From contig OY759724.1 in NCBI GenBank assembly GCA_963662715.1, positions 2,280,001 through 2,312,000 on the forward strand: a stretch of 32,000 nucleotides of DNA. The letters run 5' to 3'. Under the pieces are notes generated by a model, which was not told the DNA's origin, made no database searches, and worked only from the letters and a program-made list of their open reading frames with translations. The stretch comes from Candidatus Omnitrophota bacterium (GTDB lineage: Bacteria > Omnitrophota > Gorgyraeia > Zapsychrales > JANLHA01). The translations under genes were made by a program, and so were the position numbers. Within the stretch, counting starts at the first letter, position 1; each line of letters opens with the position of its first letter. Positions 17,742 through 26,326 of this stretch are shown piece after piece.

Positions 17742-18278
17742 ATGATGGCTAATTTTAATCAAATTTTTCAGAAATTGAATGAAGATTATAACGTGACCAT
17801 GCAGAAAGACAGCGGCAATGCCTATAGCAAATTATCAACTATTTTTGAGGAATTAGACGCTTTCCTGCGGGAGTATGTCCAGGATTTAACCATGGACCAG
17901 ATGAAAGCTATTGTCAAGAAACTGGAAAGCGGCGAGACCCTGAGTCCTGATGAAAAAGAACAGATCCGTTTATGGATTGTCGGCGACGCGGACTATTATG
18001 CCAAAATGGAGAATAATGTGGAAGACTGGAAACAAGAGCTCAAAAGAATCATGGGAGAGATTGGTGCTCTACAAACCGAGAATCCGGACATTGTTACAGC
18101 CTGTAAACTGCGGGGGTTGTTCCGGGACGGCGCCCGGGTCATCGCGGATTTGTTTTTTTATGCCGAACAGCAGGACCGTTTGAACAAGTTTAACAACGCT
18201 ATTCAGGAGATAGACACGGAAGAGCGCGGGCTTTTGATCGGTTTGCTGGAGCAAAAGATGAAGTCGCCGGATTTCTAG
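17742..18278 (+). CDS. Hypothetical 178-aa predicted all-helical protein
   Basis: AAGGAGA lies upstream of the ATG. The gene is co-oriented with trpB and sits 45 nt upstream of it. I recognise no family. Confidence 0.5.
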   Translation: MMANFNQIFQKLNEDYNVTMQKDSGNAYSKLSTIFEELDAFLREYVQDLTMDQMKAIVKKLESGETLSPDEKEQIRLWIVGDADYYAKMENNVEDWKQELKRIMGEIGALQTENPDIVTACKLRGLFRDGARVIADLFFYAEQQDRLNKFNNAIQEIDTEERGLLIGLLEQKMKSPDF

Positions 18279-18323
18279 AGTCCTTCCTTTTAAAAATATA
18301 AAAAATTGTGAGCAGGACAAAAT

Positions 18324-19505
18324 ATGATGAAAAGCAAGACGAAAAAAGGATATTTTAATGCTTTCGGCGGGCAATATGTGCCGGAAACTTTAATGGCTTT
18401 GCTGGAGGATTTAGAGAAGACATACCGCCGTTTTAAAAAAGACCGGTCTTTTAAAAGAGAGTTTGCTTTTTTCTTGCGGGAATATGCCGGCCGGCCGACC
18501 AACCTCTACTATGCCCGGCGTTTGAGCGCTCATTTAAAAAAACTTAAAGTCTATCTCAAACGGGAAGATCTCCTTCACACGGGCGCGCATAAAATCAATA
18601 ACACTTTAGGGCAGATTCTGGTGGCCAAGGAGATGGGGAAGACCAGGATTATCGCCGAGACCGGAGCCGGGCAGCACGGCGTTGCCACTGCGACGGCCTC
18701 AGCGCTTTTTGGATTGAAGTGCGAAATTTATATGGGGGTGGAAGATATCCAGCGCCAGGCCCTGAATGTCTTTCGTATGCGTTTGCTGGGCGCGCAGGTT
18801 AACCCGGTTACGAGCGGTTCCCAAACCCTTAAAGACGCCATGAACGAAGCTATACGTGATTGGGTGACCAATGTCCATGATACGTTTTATATCATTGGTT
18901 CCGTTGCCGGGCCGCATCCGTATCCTGTGATGGTGAGAGATTTTCAGGCGGTAATCGGGCGTGAAGCCAAGCGGCAGTTTTGCAGGATGGAACAGGGTTT
19001 GCCGGATTATGTTTTGGCCTGCGTGGGCGGGGGCAGTAACGCTATGGGCCTGTTTCATGCTTTTTTTAAGGATAAGTCTGTTAAAATGATCGGAGTGGAG
19101 GCTGCCGGCCTGGGTATCCATTCCGGGCAGCATGCGGCCCCGTTATCCGAAGGAGCGGTCGGTGTTTTGCACGGCAGCAAGAGCGCTTTGCTGCAAACGA
19201 AAGACGGACAGATCAAGATCGCCCATTCTATTGCGGCCGGGTTGGATTATCCCGGAGTCGGGCCGGAACATGCTTATTATCAAAGTATCGGCCGGGCGCG
19301 GTATGAGGCTGTCGATGACGCCAAGGCGATCAAGGGGTTGAAGCTGTTGTCAGAGACAGAGGGGATTATTCCTGCTCTGGAAACGGCTCATGCCATCGGA
19401 TATCTGGAAACACTGGCGCGCCAGCAGAAAAAACAGGCGACCGTCATCGTATGTCTTTCCGGAAGAGGGGACAAGGATGTCGGGACAATTAAGGATCTTG
19501 TTTAG
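18324..19505 (+). CDS. trpB: Tryptophan synthase beta chain
   Basis: HTGAHKINN (PLP lysine), GGGSNA, and a canonical N-terminus ([10 protein letters not shown]). Confidence 0.95.
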   Translation: MMKSKTKKGYFNAFGGQYVPETLMALLEDLEKTYRRFKKDRSFKREFAFFLREYAGRPTNLYYARRLSAHLKKLKVYLKREDLLHTGAHKINNTLGQILVAKEMGKTRIIAETGAGQHGVATATASALFGLKCEIYMGVEDIQRQALNVFRMRLLGAQVNPVTSGSQTLKDAMNEAIRDWVTNVHDTFYIIGSVAGPHPYPVMVRDFQAVIGREAKRQFCRMEQGLPDYVLACVGGGSNAMGLFHAFFKDKSVKMIGVEAAGLGIHSGQHAAPLSEGAVGVLHGSKSALLQTKDGQIKIAHSIAAGLDYPGVGPEHAYYQSIGRARYEAVDDAKAIKGLKLLSETEGIIPALETAHAIGYLETLARQQKKQATVIVCLSGRGDKDVGTIKDLV

Positions 19506-19532
19506 CCCCTGTTCGGGGTTGGAGTATTCGGA

Positions 19533-20339
19533 ATGAACAGAATTGACCTGAAATTTCAAGAGTTGAAAAGAAACAAACAGAAAGCCTTTATCGCTTTTGT
19601 AACGGCGGGAGATCCGCATTTAAAGATAACGGAACAGCTTGTTTATGCTTTGGAAGACAGCGGTGTGGATATGATTGAGCTGGGCGTCCCGTTCTCTGAT
19701 CCTTTGGCAGACGGCCCGACCATTCAGGCCTCTTCGTACCGGTCCCTGCAGAAGGGCACGACGTTGAAGGGGATTTTTCAGTGTGTGTCACAGATCAGGA
19801 AACGGTCCGCGATCCCGATCGCGTTGATGACCTACTACAATCCGGTCTTTCATTTTGGGGAAAAAGCGTGTGTTCGCGCTTGCCAGGAGGCCGGAGTCGA
19901 TGGGCTGATTATTCCGGATCTTCCTCCTGAGGAAGCGGGCACTTTGCTCTCCGCGGCCCGTCCCGGCGGAATTTCAACGGTTTTTTTTGTCGCTCCGACC
20001 ACTCGTCCGGAACGCATGCGTATGATTGCCAAGGTGTCTACCGGATTCATATATTATGTTTCTGTGGCCGGAGTGACCGGGGCCCGTCAAATGCTGCCGC
20101 GCGACCTTATTGCCCACGTTCAGGCTGTCAAACAGACCAGCTGGAAACCGGTTTGTGTGGGGTTCGGGATTTCAACGGCGCAGCAGGTCCGGCAGATAAG
20201 CCGGATAGCTGATGGCGTGATTGTGGGGAGTGCTATTATTAAAGAAGTTGAAAAACATCAGGGGAAAAAGGATCTTGTCCCCAGGGTCAGCCGGATGGTT
20301 GCCGGTCTTACCGCCCCATTAAGGATAAAAAGGAGATAA
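19533..20339 (+). CDS. trpA: Tryptophan synthase alpha chain
   Basis: ELGVPFSDPLADGPTIQ signature. The 268-aa gene directly follows trpB. Confidence 0.95.
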   Translation: MNRIDLKFQELKRNKQKAFIAFVTAGDPHLKITEQLVYALEDSGVDMIELGVPFSDPLADGPTIQASSYRSLQKGTTLKGIFQCVSQIRKRSAIPIALMTYYNPVFHFGEKACVRACQEAGVDGLIIPDLPPEEAGTLLSAARPGGISTVFFVAPTTRPERMRMIAKVSTGFIYYVSVAGVTGARQMLPRDLIAHVQAVKQTSWKPVCVGFGISTAQQVRQISRIADGVIVGSAIIKEVEKHQGKKDLVPRVSRMVAGLTAPLRIKRR

Positions 20340-20346
20340 ATGAAAG

Positions 20347-21621
20347 ATGTATCAGAAGGATGTCTTAAAAAATGGTATACGCATTGCGACGCATGAGATG
20401 AAAGACCGAGAGAGCCTTTCGATTGGGGTGTGGATCGGCGTTGGCGGCCGTTACGAAGAAGATGCTGTTAAAGGGGCCGCGCATTTTTTGGAACATCTTG
20501 CGTTTAAGGGCAGCGCAGCTTATTCTTGCGAAGAAATCAAAGGGCGTATCGAGGGCGTCGGGGGGAGCCTGAACGCTTTTACGGCTGAAGAACAGACGTG
20601 TTACTATGCGAAAATTCCTGCCCGATACGTCGGCTCGACCCTGGATGTTCTCCTGGACATTGTCTTTCATCCCCGCATGAGAGCCCCGGATATCGAGCGG
20701 GAACGGACTGTCATCCTGGAAGAAATTAAGATGTACCGGGACCTGCCGCAGTATTTTGTCATCGACTTGCTGGAGGGTATGATGTGGCCCGGGCATCCAT
20801 TGGGGAAGAATCTGGCCGGCACCCCGGAATCGGTAACACAGATAACCCGTAAGCAACTTAGGGATTTTCATCGGCAACATTATGCCCCTTTGAATATCGT
20901 TGTCGCAGCCTGCGGAAAAGTTCAGCACGATTCTTTTGTCGATATGGTCCGGAAGAAACTTGCCTCCTGCCCTGAGGCGTCTAAAGTGCCCTGTTTAAAA
21001 GCTGAGGAGGGGCCGCGGCCTTCGGCGGTCACGTTCTTCGAACGGCCCATAGAGCAGATGCATTTAGCGCTGGGGATGCCGGGGTATTGCGATCATCATA
21101 AAGATAAATACGTTCTTAATTTGTTGCATGTGATTCTCGGAGGGAACATGTCGAGCCGTCTTTTTAATGAGGTGAGGGAAAAAAGAGGCTTGGCGTATTC
21201 GATATCGACGTCCGTTAAGACGCTTTCGGATACAGGAATGTTTATGGTCAGGGCCGGGGTTGACACCCAGAAACTCGTACAGGCTGTGAAGCTGATCGTC
21301 AGCGAGCTGGATAAATTGCGCCGCCGGGGCGTGTCTTTGCCCGAATTCCAGAGGGCCAAGGATTATTACAAAGGTCAGGTTCTGATCGGCCTGGAAGATA
21401 CTCTGGACCACATGATTTGGCTGGGGGAATCGGTTTGTACGCGTAACCGTATCCGGACGTTAAACGAAATTATGCGTAAGATCAATCGAATTAAGCCTGA
21501 AGACGTTAACCGCATTGCCAAAGATGTTCTAAATAAGCAGTCTTATAACCTGGCTTTGGTCGGCCCTATTTCAGAAGGACAAAAAGGGGAAATTACTCAT
21601 ATCATCGGTCCGGCTGTCTGA
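20347..21621 (+). CDS. M16 family (pitrilysin/insulinase-like) zinc peptidase
   Basis: Inverted zinc motif HFLEH followed by the conserved downstream glutamates (VILEEIKMY). Length 424 aa. Confidence 0.85.
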   Translation: MYQKDVLKNGIRIATHEMKDRESLSIGVWIGVGGRYEEDAVKGAAHFLEHLAFKGSAAYSCEEIKGRIEGVGGSLNAFTAEEQTCYYAKIPARYVGSTLDVLLDIVFHPRMRAPDIERERTVILEEIKMYRDLPQYFVIDLLEGMMWPGHPLGKNLAGTPESVTQITRKQLRDFHRQHYAPLNIVVAACGKVQHDSFVDMVRKKLASCPEASKVPCLKAEEGPRPSAVTFFERPIEQMHLALGMPGYCDHHKDKYVLNLLHVILGGNMSSRLFNEVREKRGLAYSISTSVKTLSDTGMFMVRAGVDTQKLVQAVKLIVSELDKLRRRGVSLPEFQRAKDYYKGQVLIGLEDTLDHMIWLGESVCTRNRIRTLNEIMRKINRIKPEDVNRIAKDVLNKQSYNLALVGPISEGQKGEITHIIGPAV

Positions 21622-21688
21622 AGCAGAAGGAATGCGGAGCCTTGATTGCGAGTTATCGTCCGGAGAAAGGGAAAAATCTTTTTTTGAT

Positions 21689-21717
21689 TTGACAACTTTT
21701 GTATTATCGGTTAGACT
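21689..21717 (+). promoter_or_regulatory. Sigma-70-like promoter: -35 TTGACA, 17-nt spacer, -10 TAGACT
   Basis: TTGACA at 21689-21694 and TAGACT at 21712-21717, about 40 nt upstream of the 57-aa ORF. Confidence 0.5.
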
Positions 21718-21758
21718 CATTCTAATTCTTAAACGTTACTAATTCCAAGGAGGTCAGC

Positions 21759-21932
21759 ATGGAAGAATTGTCTTTCTATGATGTCAAAACAAAGACGAAA
21801 TTCACTTCAAATGAGTATGATATTCGTGAGAAGAGCGGAAAATTCTTCGCCGTGACAAAATCCAAAGCCGGAACTCATGAATGCTGGCGTGTTCTTGGGA
21901 AAGACCAGGCTGAGAAGCTGAAGAATCAATAA
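21759..21932 (+). CDS. Small basic 57-aa protein, absent from the ORF track because it is under 60 aa
   Basis: My translation is MEELSFYDVKTKTKFTSNEYDIREKSGKFFAVTKSKAGTHECWRVLGKDQAEKLKNQ. AGGAGG lies 7 nt upstream of ATG 21759, with a consensus -35 promoter further upstream. The stop TAA is at 21930-21932. Confidence 0.55.
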   Translation: MEELSFYDVKTKTKFTSNEYDIREKSGKFFAVTKSKAGTHECWRVLGKDQAEKLKNQ

Positions 21933-21976
21933 AAGACAGCTTTGAGGTCCTTTGGAGCTTTATTAGAAAAGATATT

Positions 21977-22321
21977 GTGACACCTTTGAAATTAGCTAAG
22001 ACAGTCGCGGATTTGGCTTCTGATAAAAAAGCAGAGGATACGGTTATCCTCAATATGCGGAAAGTGGCGAATTTCTGCGATTTTTTTGTCATCTGTACTG
22101 GCAATTCAGACAGGCACGTTAAAGCTATTGCAGACGGAATTGATGATGGTCTTCATTTGCGGGGTATTAAAACAAGACGTGCCTCTGGCCGAAAAGATTC
22201 TAAATGGGTGATTCTTGATTTAGGCCATGTTGTGGTTCATATATTTGATCAAGATGCCCGTGAGTTTTATGGGTTGGATTATCTTTGGCACGAAGCGACA
22301 TCTGTTCCCTGGCCAGAATAG
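21977..22321 (+). CDS. rsfS: Ribosomal silencing factor RsfS (iojap-like)
   Basis: DTVILNMRKVANFCDFFVICTGNSDRHVKAIAD ... WVILDLGHVVVHIF pattern. GTG start. Confidence 0.85.
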   Translation: MTPLKLAKTVADLASDKKAEDTVILNMRKVANFCDFFVICTGNSDRHVKAIADGIDDGLHLRGIKTRRASGRKDSKWVILDLGHVVVHIFDQDAREFYGLDYLWHEATSVPWPE

Positions 22322-22427
22322 TATACCCTCCTTAATATCCCATTCTTCTTTTGTTTGTTCAAATGAGTTACCGTATTGAATGAAAAGATTTAATATAAGA
22401 ACAATATCTTTACCATATTCATAAAAA

Positions 22428-24107
22428 ATGTTACAGAACGTCAAAGAATGTATTGTTCAATGCGTCGCGGACAGCGTGAAATCATATTTCTCTGAGCAGG
22501 CGATGATCCCTTCCATTGAACTTGAAATTCCGCAAGATAAAAACCATGGCAATTTTTCTACAAATATCGCTCTCAAATCTGCCCGCGTTTTAAAGAAATC
22601 TCCTATGACACTGGCGCAGATGTTCACTGACGCGATTCAGCAGCAGTATGGGACCAGCGAATTAAGGGAAAAGATTGCCCGGATGGAAGTTAAAGCTCCG
22701 GGATTTATCAATTTCTTCCTTTCCGAAGAAGCCTACTACGATATTCTGGAACAGGTTTTTGTTCAGGGAGAAGATTACGGCCGCTCCGACATCGGAGGCG
22801 GTCGGCGCATTCAGATCGAATTCGTTTCCGCAAACCCCACCGGCCCTTTGAGTGTTGCTCATGCCCGGCAGGCTGCGGTCGGCGATTGTCTGGGAAATAT
22901 TCTTAAACATATTGGTTTTGAGGTTGTCAAAGAGTACTACGTTAATGATGAAGGCAACCAGATCAATATTTTAGGGCGTTCTATCCAGGGCCGGGCCCGC
23001 GAAATTTTAGGGGATCCGGATGTTGTTTTCCCGGAAGAGGGGTACCAGGGAGAATATGTGCGGGATATGGCGCGTGTTTTTTTAGAGCAGGAGGGCGTAG
23101 GCACGTTGGCAGAGGCCATGGCCCTGCCTGCAGAGAGCTATTCCCAGTTTGGAGTGGATACTCTTATGGCCATTATACAGAAGGAACTGGCCGACTTCGG
23201 GGTGTGTTTCGACCATTGGTCCTATCAGTCGCAAGTCGCATCTGATGCGCAGGTGCAGCAGACCCTGGAATTCTTGAAAAGTAAAGACTATTTATATGAT
23301 AAAGACGGGGCTTTGTGGTTTCGTTCAACCCGGTTCGGAGACGATAAGGACCGGGTTTTGAGAAAACGGGACGGCACGTATACGTATTTTGCCCCGGACA
23401 TCGCTTATCACCGGAATAAATATCAGCGGGGCTTTCATAAAATTATTAATATTTGGGGGCCGGACCATCACGGGTATATCCCGCGTATCACCGCGGCTGT
23501 TGAGGCTGTAGGGGAATCCCGGGAATCCTTTAAAGTCCTTATCGTTCAACTGGCCACAATATACCGGGACGGCCAACCCGTGTCCATGTCGACAAGGCGG
23601 GGGCAGTATATATCCCTGCAGGAGGTTATGGATGAAGTCGGGGTGGATGCCGCAAGGTTTTTTTTCCTCATGCGCAGTATCAAGGCCCATTTGGATTTTG
23701 ACCTGGAGCTGGCCAAAAAAGAAACGCCGGAGAACCCTGTATACTATATTCAGTATGCGCATGCCCGCATACATAGTATCGTTGCCAAAGCCCGGGAAGC
23801 CGGCCTGCAGGCTCAGAAACAGGGATTTCAAGCCTTGGTTCAAGACGAAGAGCAGATTCTTATGGAAATGATCGGCCGGTTCCCTGAGGTCTTATTCCTC
23901 TGTCATGAGCAATGGGATGTTTTTGCCCTCATCAGTTATTTGCTGGAACTTGCCACGGCTTTTCACCGTTTTTATGATAAACACCGCGTCGTTGATCCCG
24001 ATGCCCCTTCATTATCTTCAGAGAGGCTTGCTTTGATTGATGCCGTGCGCATCGTGATAGGCAATGGCTTGCGTCTGGTGGGAGTGAGCGCCCCTACAAG
24101 AATGTGA
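22428..24107 (+). CDS. argS: Arginine--tRNA ligase
   Basis: Class I signature region SANPTGPLSVAHAR, MSTRRG (the KMSKS-equivalent of ArgRS), and a C-terminal anticodon-binding domain ending in RM. Confidence 0.95.
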   Translation: MLQNVKECIVQCVADSVKSYFSEQAMIPSIELEIPQDKNHGNFSTNIALKSARVLKKSPMTLAQMFTDAIQQQYGTSELREKIARMEVKAPGFINFFLSEEAYYDILEQVFVQGEDYGRSDIGGGRRIQIEFVSANPTGPLSVAHARQAAVGDCLGNILKHIGFEVVKEYYVNDEGNQINILGRSIQGRAREILGDPDVVFPEEGYQGEYVRDMARVFLEQEGVGTLAEAMALPAESYSQFGVDTLMAIIQKELADFGVCFDHWSYQSQVASDAQVQQTLEFLKSKDYLYDKDGALWFRSTRFGDDKDRVLRKRDGTYTYFAPDIAYHRNKYQRGFHKIINIWGPDHHGYIPRITAAVEAVGESRESFKVLIVQLATIYRDGQPVSMSTRRGQYISLQEVMDEVGVDAARFFFLMRSIKAHLDFDLELAKKETPENPVYYIQYAHARIHSIVAKAREAGLQAQKQGFQALVQDEEQILMEMIGRFPEVLFLCHEQWDVFALISYLLELATAFHRFYDKHRVVDPDAPSLSSERLALIDAVRIVIGNGLRLVGVSAPTRM

Positions 24108-24203
24108 TGTTTGTCCCTGCGCGCTTTCTTTCTTGCAGCTTAGGGAAAGGCGTAGCCATTTTATTTTTTCAGAGGATTTTTTCAACAGGCTAAAGGAAAT
24201 GCA

Positions 24204-25904
24204 ATGCCGCAAATGATTTCGTCCAAACAGTGGAATATCCGTCATCCTGACTTGGCCAAACAAGACTGGCTGCGCAGCGAGTTGACCATAGATCCTATTA
24301 TCGCCCAGCTTCTCCTGAACCGGGGCATAGAGGATGTGCCCGAAGCAGATCAGTTCTTACACGCGGACCTGCAAAAGGTTCACGACCCGTTCCTTTTGAA
24401 AGATATGGATAAGGCTCTGGCCCGCATTTCCCAGGCGCGGCGGAATAAAGAACGGATTCTGATTTTCGGAGATTATGATGTCGACGGCGTTACTTCCACG
24501 GCTTTGCTGCACAAGGTTTTTAAAGAGGAGGGGATAGATGTTGTCACCCATATCCCTCACAGGATCAATGAGGGGTACGGCCTGAATGAACAGGCCGGAC
24601 AGATAGCCAGGGACAAAAACGCTTCCCTTGTTATTTCGGTGGATTGCGGTATCACCGCTTTCCGGGAAGTTGAGCTGCTTAAGCAAGACGGCTTGGATTG
24701 TATTATTATTGACCATCATGAGCCCGCAGAACGAGGCCTTCCGGAAGCTTTAGCCGTTATTGATCCCAAACGGAAAGATTGCCCGTATCCTTTTAAACAC
24801 CTGGCCGCCGTGGGGCTTGTGGCTAAGTTGTCTCATGCCCTGTCGGGCAGGGTCCGTGAGGAGGACTTGGATTTGGTGGCTTTGGGGACTATTGCCGATG
24901 TCGTCCAGCTGAGAGGAGAGAACCGCATTTTTGTTAAAGCCGGATTGCCCCGGATCGGGGCAACGAAAAATAAAGGTTTATCGGCCTTAATGGAGGTTTC
25001 GCGGATTAAAGGCAAGAAAATGAAGCCTTACCACGCGGGATTTATCCTGGGGCCGAGGATTAATGCCACGGGACGCATGGGGTCGGCTCAGAAATCCCTG
25101 GATCTTCTTCTGAGTGACGATTCTTATGTTGCGCAAAGTCTGGCCCGATCCTTGGAGGATTTGAATAATGAAAGGCAGCGTTTACAGCGGAATGTTGTGC
25201 AGGAAGCCTTGACACTGGTCGAACGGGAGGTTAACTTCCAAAACCATAAAATCATTGTGATCAGCAAGGAAGGCTGGCATAAGGGCGTTTTGGGCATTGT
25301 CGCCTCGAGGCTCGCGGAAACCTACTATCGTCCCACGATTGTCATTTCTTTAAAAGACGGCGTCGGCACCGCCTCCGCCAGATCCATCGCTGGATTTCAT
25401 TTGCATGAAGCCCTGGAATCGTGCTCGGAGATGCTTGAGAACTTCGGCGGCCATAAGCTGGCTGCGGGGCTGACGATTTTGGAACAGAATATCGAAAAGT
25501 TTAAGAAATCTATTAATGAATTTGCGCATAAATGTATTCCTGTCCCCAGGCTTGTCCCGACTCTCGAGATTGATCAGGAAATTCCTTTGTCGAGCCTCAG
25601 TCTTGAGCTCATCGAAACGATTGACCTTTTGGAGCCTTACGGGGAGGGGAATCCTGAGCCGGTTTTCTGTGCCAGAAATCTTATTGTGAAGAATCCCCCT
25701 GTTGTCCTTGGCCGGGAAACGTTGAAATTCTGGGTTACGGACGGAAGGGTGACCCTTTCGGCCGTGGGTTTTGGCTTAGCCAGGTTCCGGGACATTGTTG
25801 TCCCCGGAGGACGCATTGATATAGCTTTTCAGCCTATCGTTGATGACTGGAATAAAGCCCCGATGGTTCAGCTCAAGATTAAGGATTTGAAAACAAGTCA
25901 ATGA
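24204..25904 (+). CDS. recJ: Single-stranded-DNA-specific exonuclease RecJ
   Basis: DHH family motifs FGDYDVDGVTS and IIDHHEP, plus the GGH region (FGGHKLAAG). Confidence 0.9.
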   Translation: MPQMISSKQWNIRHPDLAKQDWLRSELTIDPIIAQLLLNRGIEDVPEADQFLHADLQKVHDPFLLKDMDKALARISQARRNKERILIFGDYDVDGVTSTALLHKVFKEEGIDVVTHIPHRINEGYGLNEQAGQIARDKNASLVISVDCGITAFREVELLKQDGLDCIIIDHHEPAERGLPEALAVIDPKRKDCPYPFKHLAAVGLVAKLSHALSGRVREEDLDLVALGTIADVVQLRGENRIFVKAGLPRIGATKNKGLSALMEVSRIKGKKMKPYHAGFILGPRINATGRMGSAQKSLDLLLSDDSYVAQSLARSLEDLNNERQRLQRNVVQEALTLVEREVNFQNHKIIVISKEGWHKGVLGIVASRLAETYYRPTIVISLKDGVGTASARSIAGFHLHEALESCSEMLENFGGHKLAAGLTILEQNIEKFKKSINEFAHKCIPVPRLVPTLEIDQEIPLSSLSLELIETIDLLEPYGEGNPEPVFCARNLIVKNPPVVLGRETLKFWVTDGRVTLSAVGFGLARFRDIVVPGGRIDIAFQPIVDDWNKAPMVQLKIKDLKTSQ

Positions 25905-25968
25905 TGGGAGACGAAGAGTATGCCCGGCCGTTGTGGTGAAGTCCGTGTAAGAGTTTTGGAGACGGTGC

Positions 25969-26196
25969 TTAGGCTTTTGTGATCTTGTCGGCTTTTAAGC
26001 ACTTTGTGCAGACGTGAATCTTTTTGGGTGTTCCCTTGAGAAGCACTTTGACTTTTTGAAGGTTAGGAAGAAATAAACGGGCAGACTTTCCTACGATTTT
26101 GGACCCGGCACCACCTTTGCGGCGGATCATACCACGTCTTTTATATTTTCGTCCTGCAACAGGACCTTTTCCGCAGATTTCGCATACTTTTGACAT
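25969..26196 (-). CDS. rpmB: 50S ribosomal protein L28 (long, Cys-containing type)
   Basis: MSKVCEICGKGP ... RRG..RKGGAGSK..GKS.R.FLPNLQKVKV. The layout matches the Thermus-type L28 sequence as I recall it. Confidence 0.88.
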   Translation of the reverse strand: MSKVCEICGKGPVAGRKYKRRGMIRRKGGAGSKIVGKSARLFLPNLQKVKVLLKGTPKKIHVCTKCLKADKITKA

Positions 26197-26256
26197 GATT
26201 TTAACCTGAATAATGGATGATGATTAATAAACTATTTTACGTGTAATTGAAAGATT

Positions 26257-26284
26257 AGTATATCGAATTTGACATATTTGTCAA
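26257..26284 (-). promoter_or_regulatory. rpmB promoter: -35 TTGACA, 16-nt spacer, -10 TATACT (read on the minus strand)
   Basis: The complement of 26279-26284 is TTGACA and the complement of 26257-26262 is TATACT. Confidence 0.5.
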
Positions 26285-26326
26285 GAATAATATTTTTTGG
26301 AAATTTAAATAAAAGAGGTCGTATTT

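Noticed and set aside
22220-22444. A 74-aa minus-strand ORF bridging the rsfS end and the argS start
   Set aside because: It overlaps both well-supported + strand genes, has no SD, and has an AT-rich Ile/Asn/Phe/Tyr-heavy composition typical of a random ORF in an AT-rich spacer.
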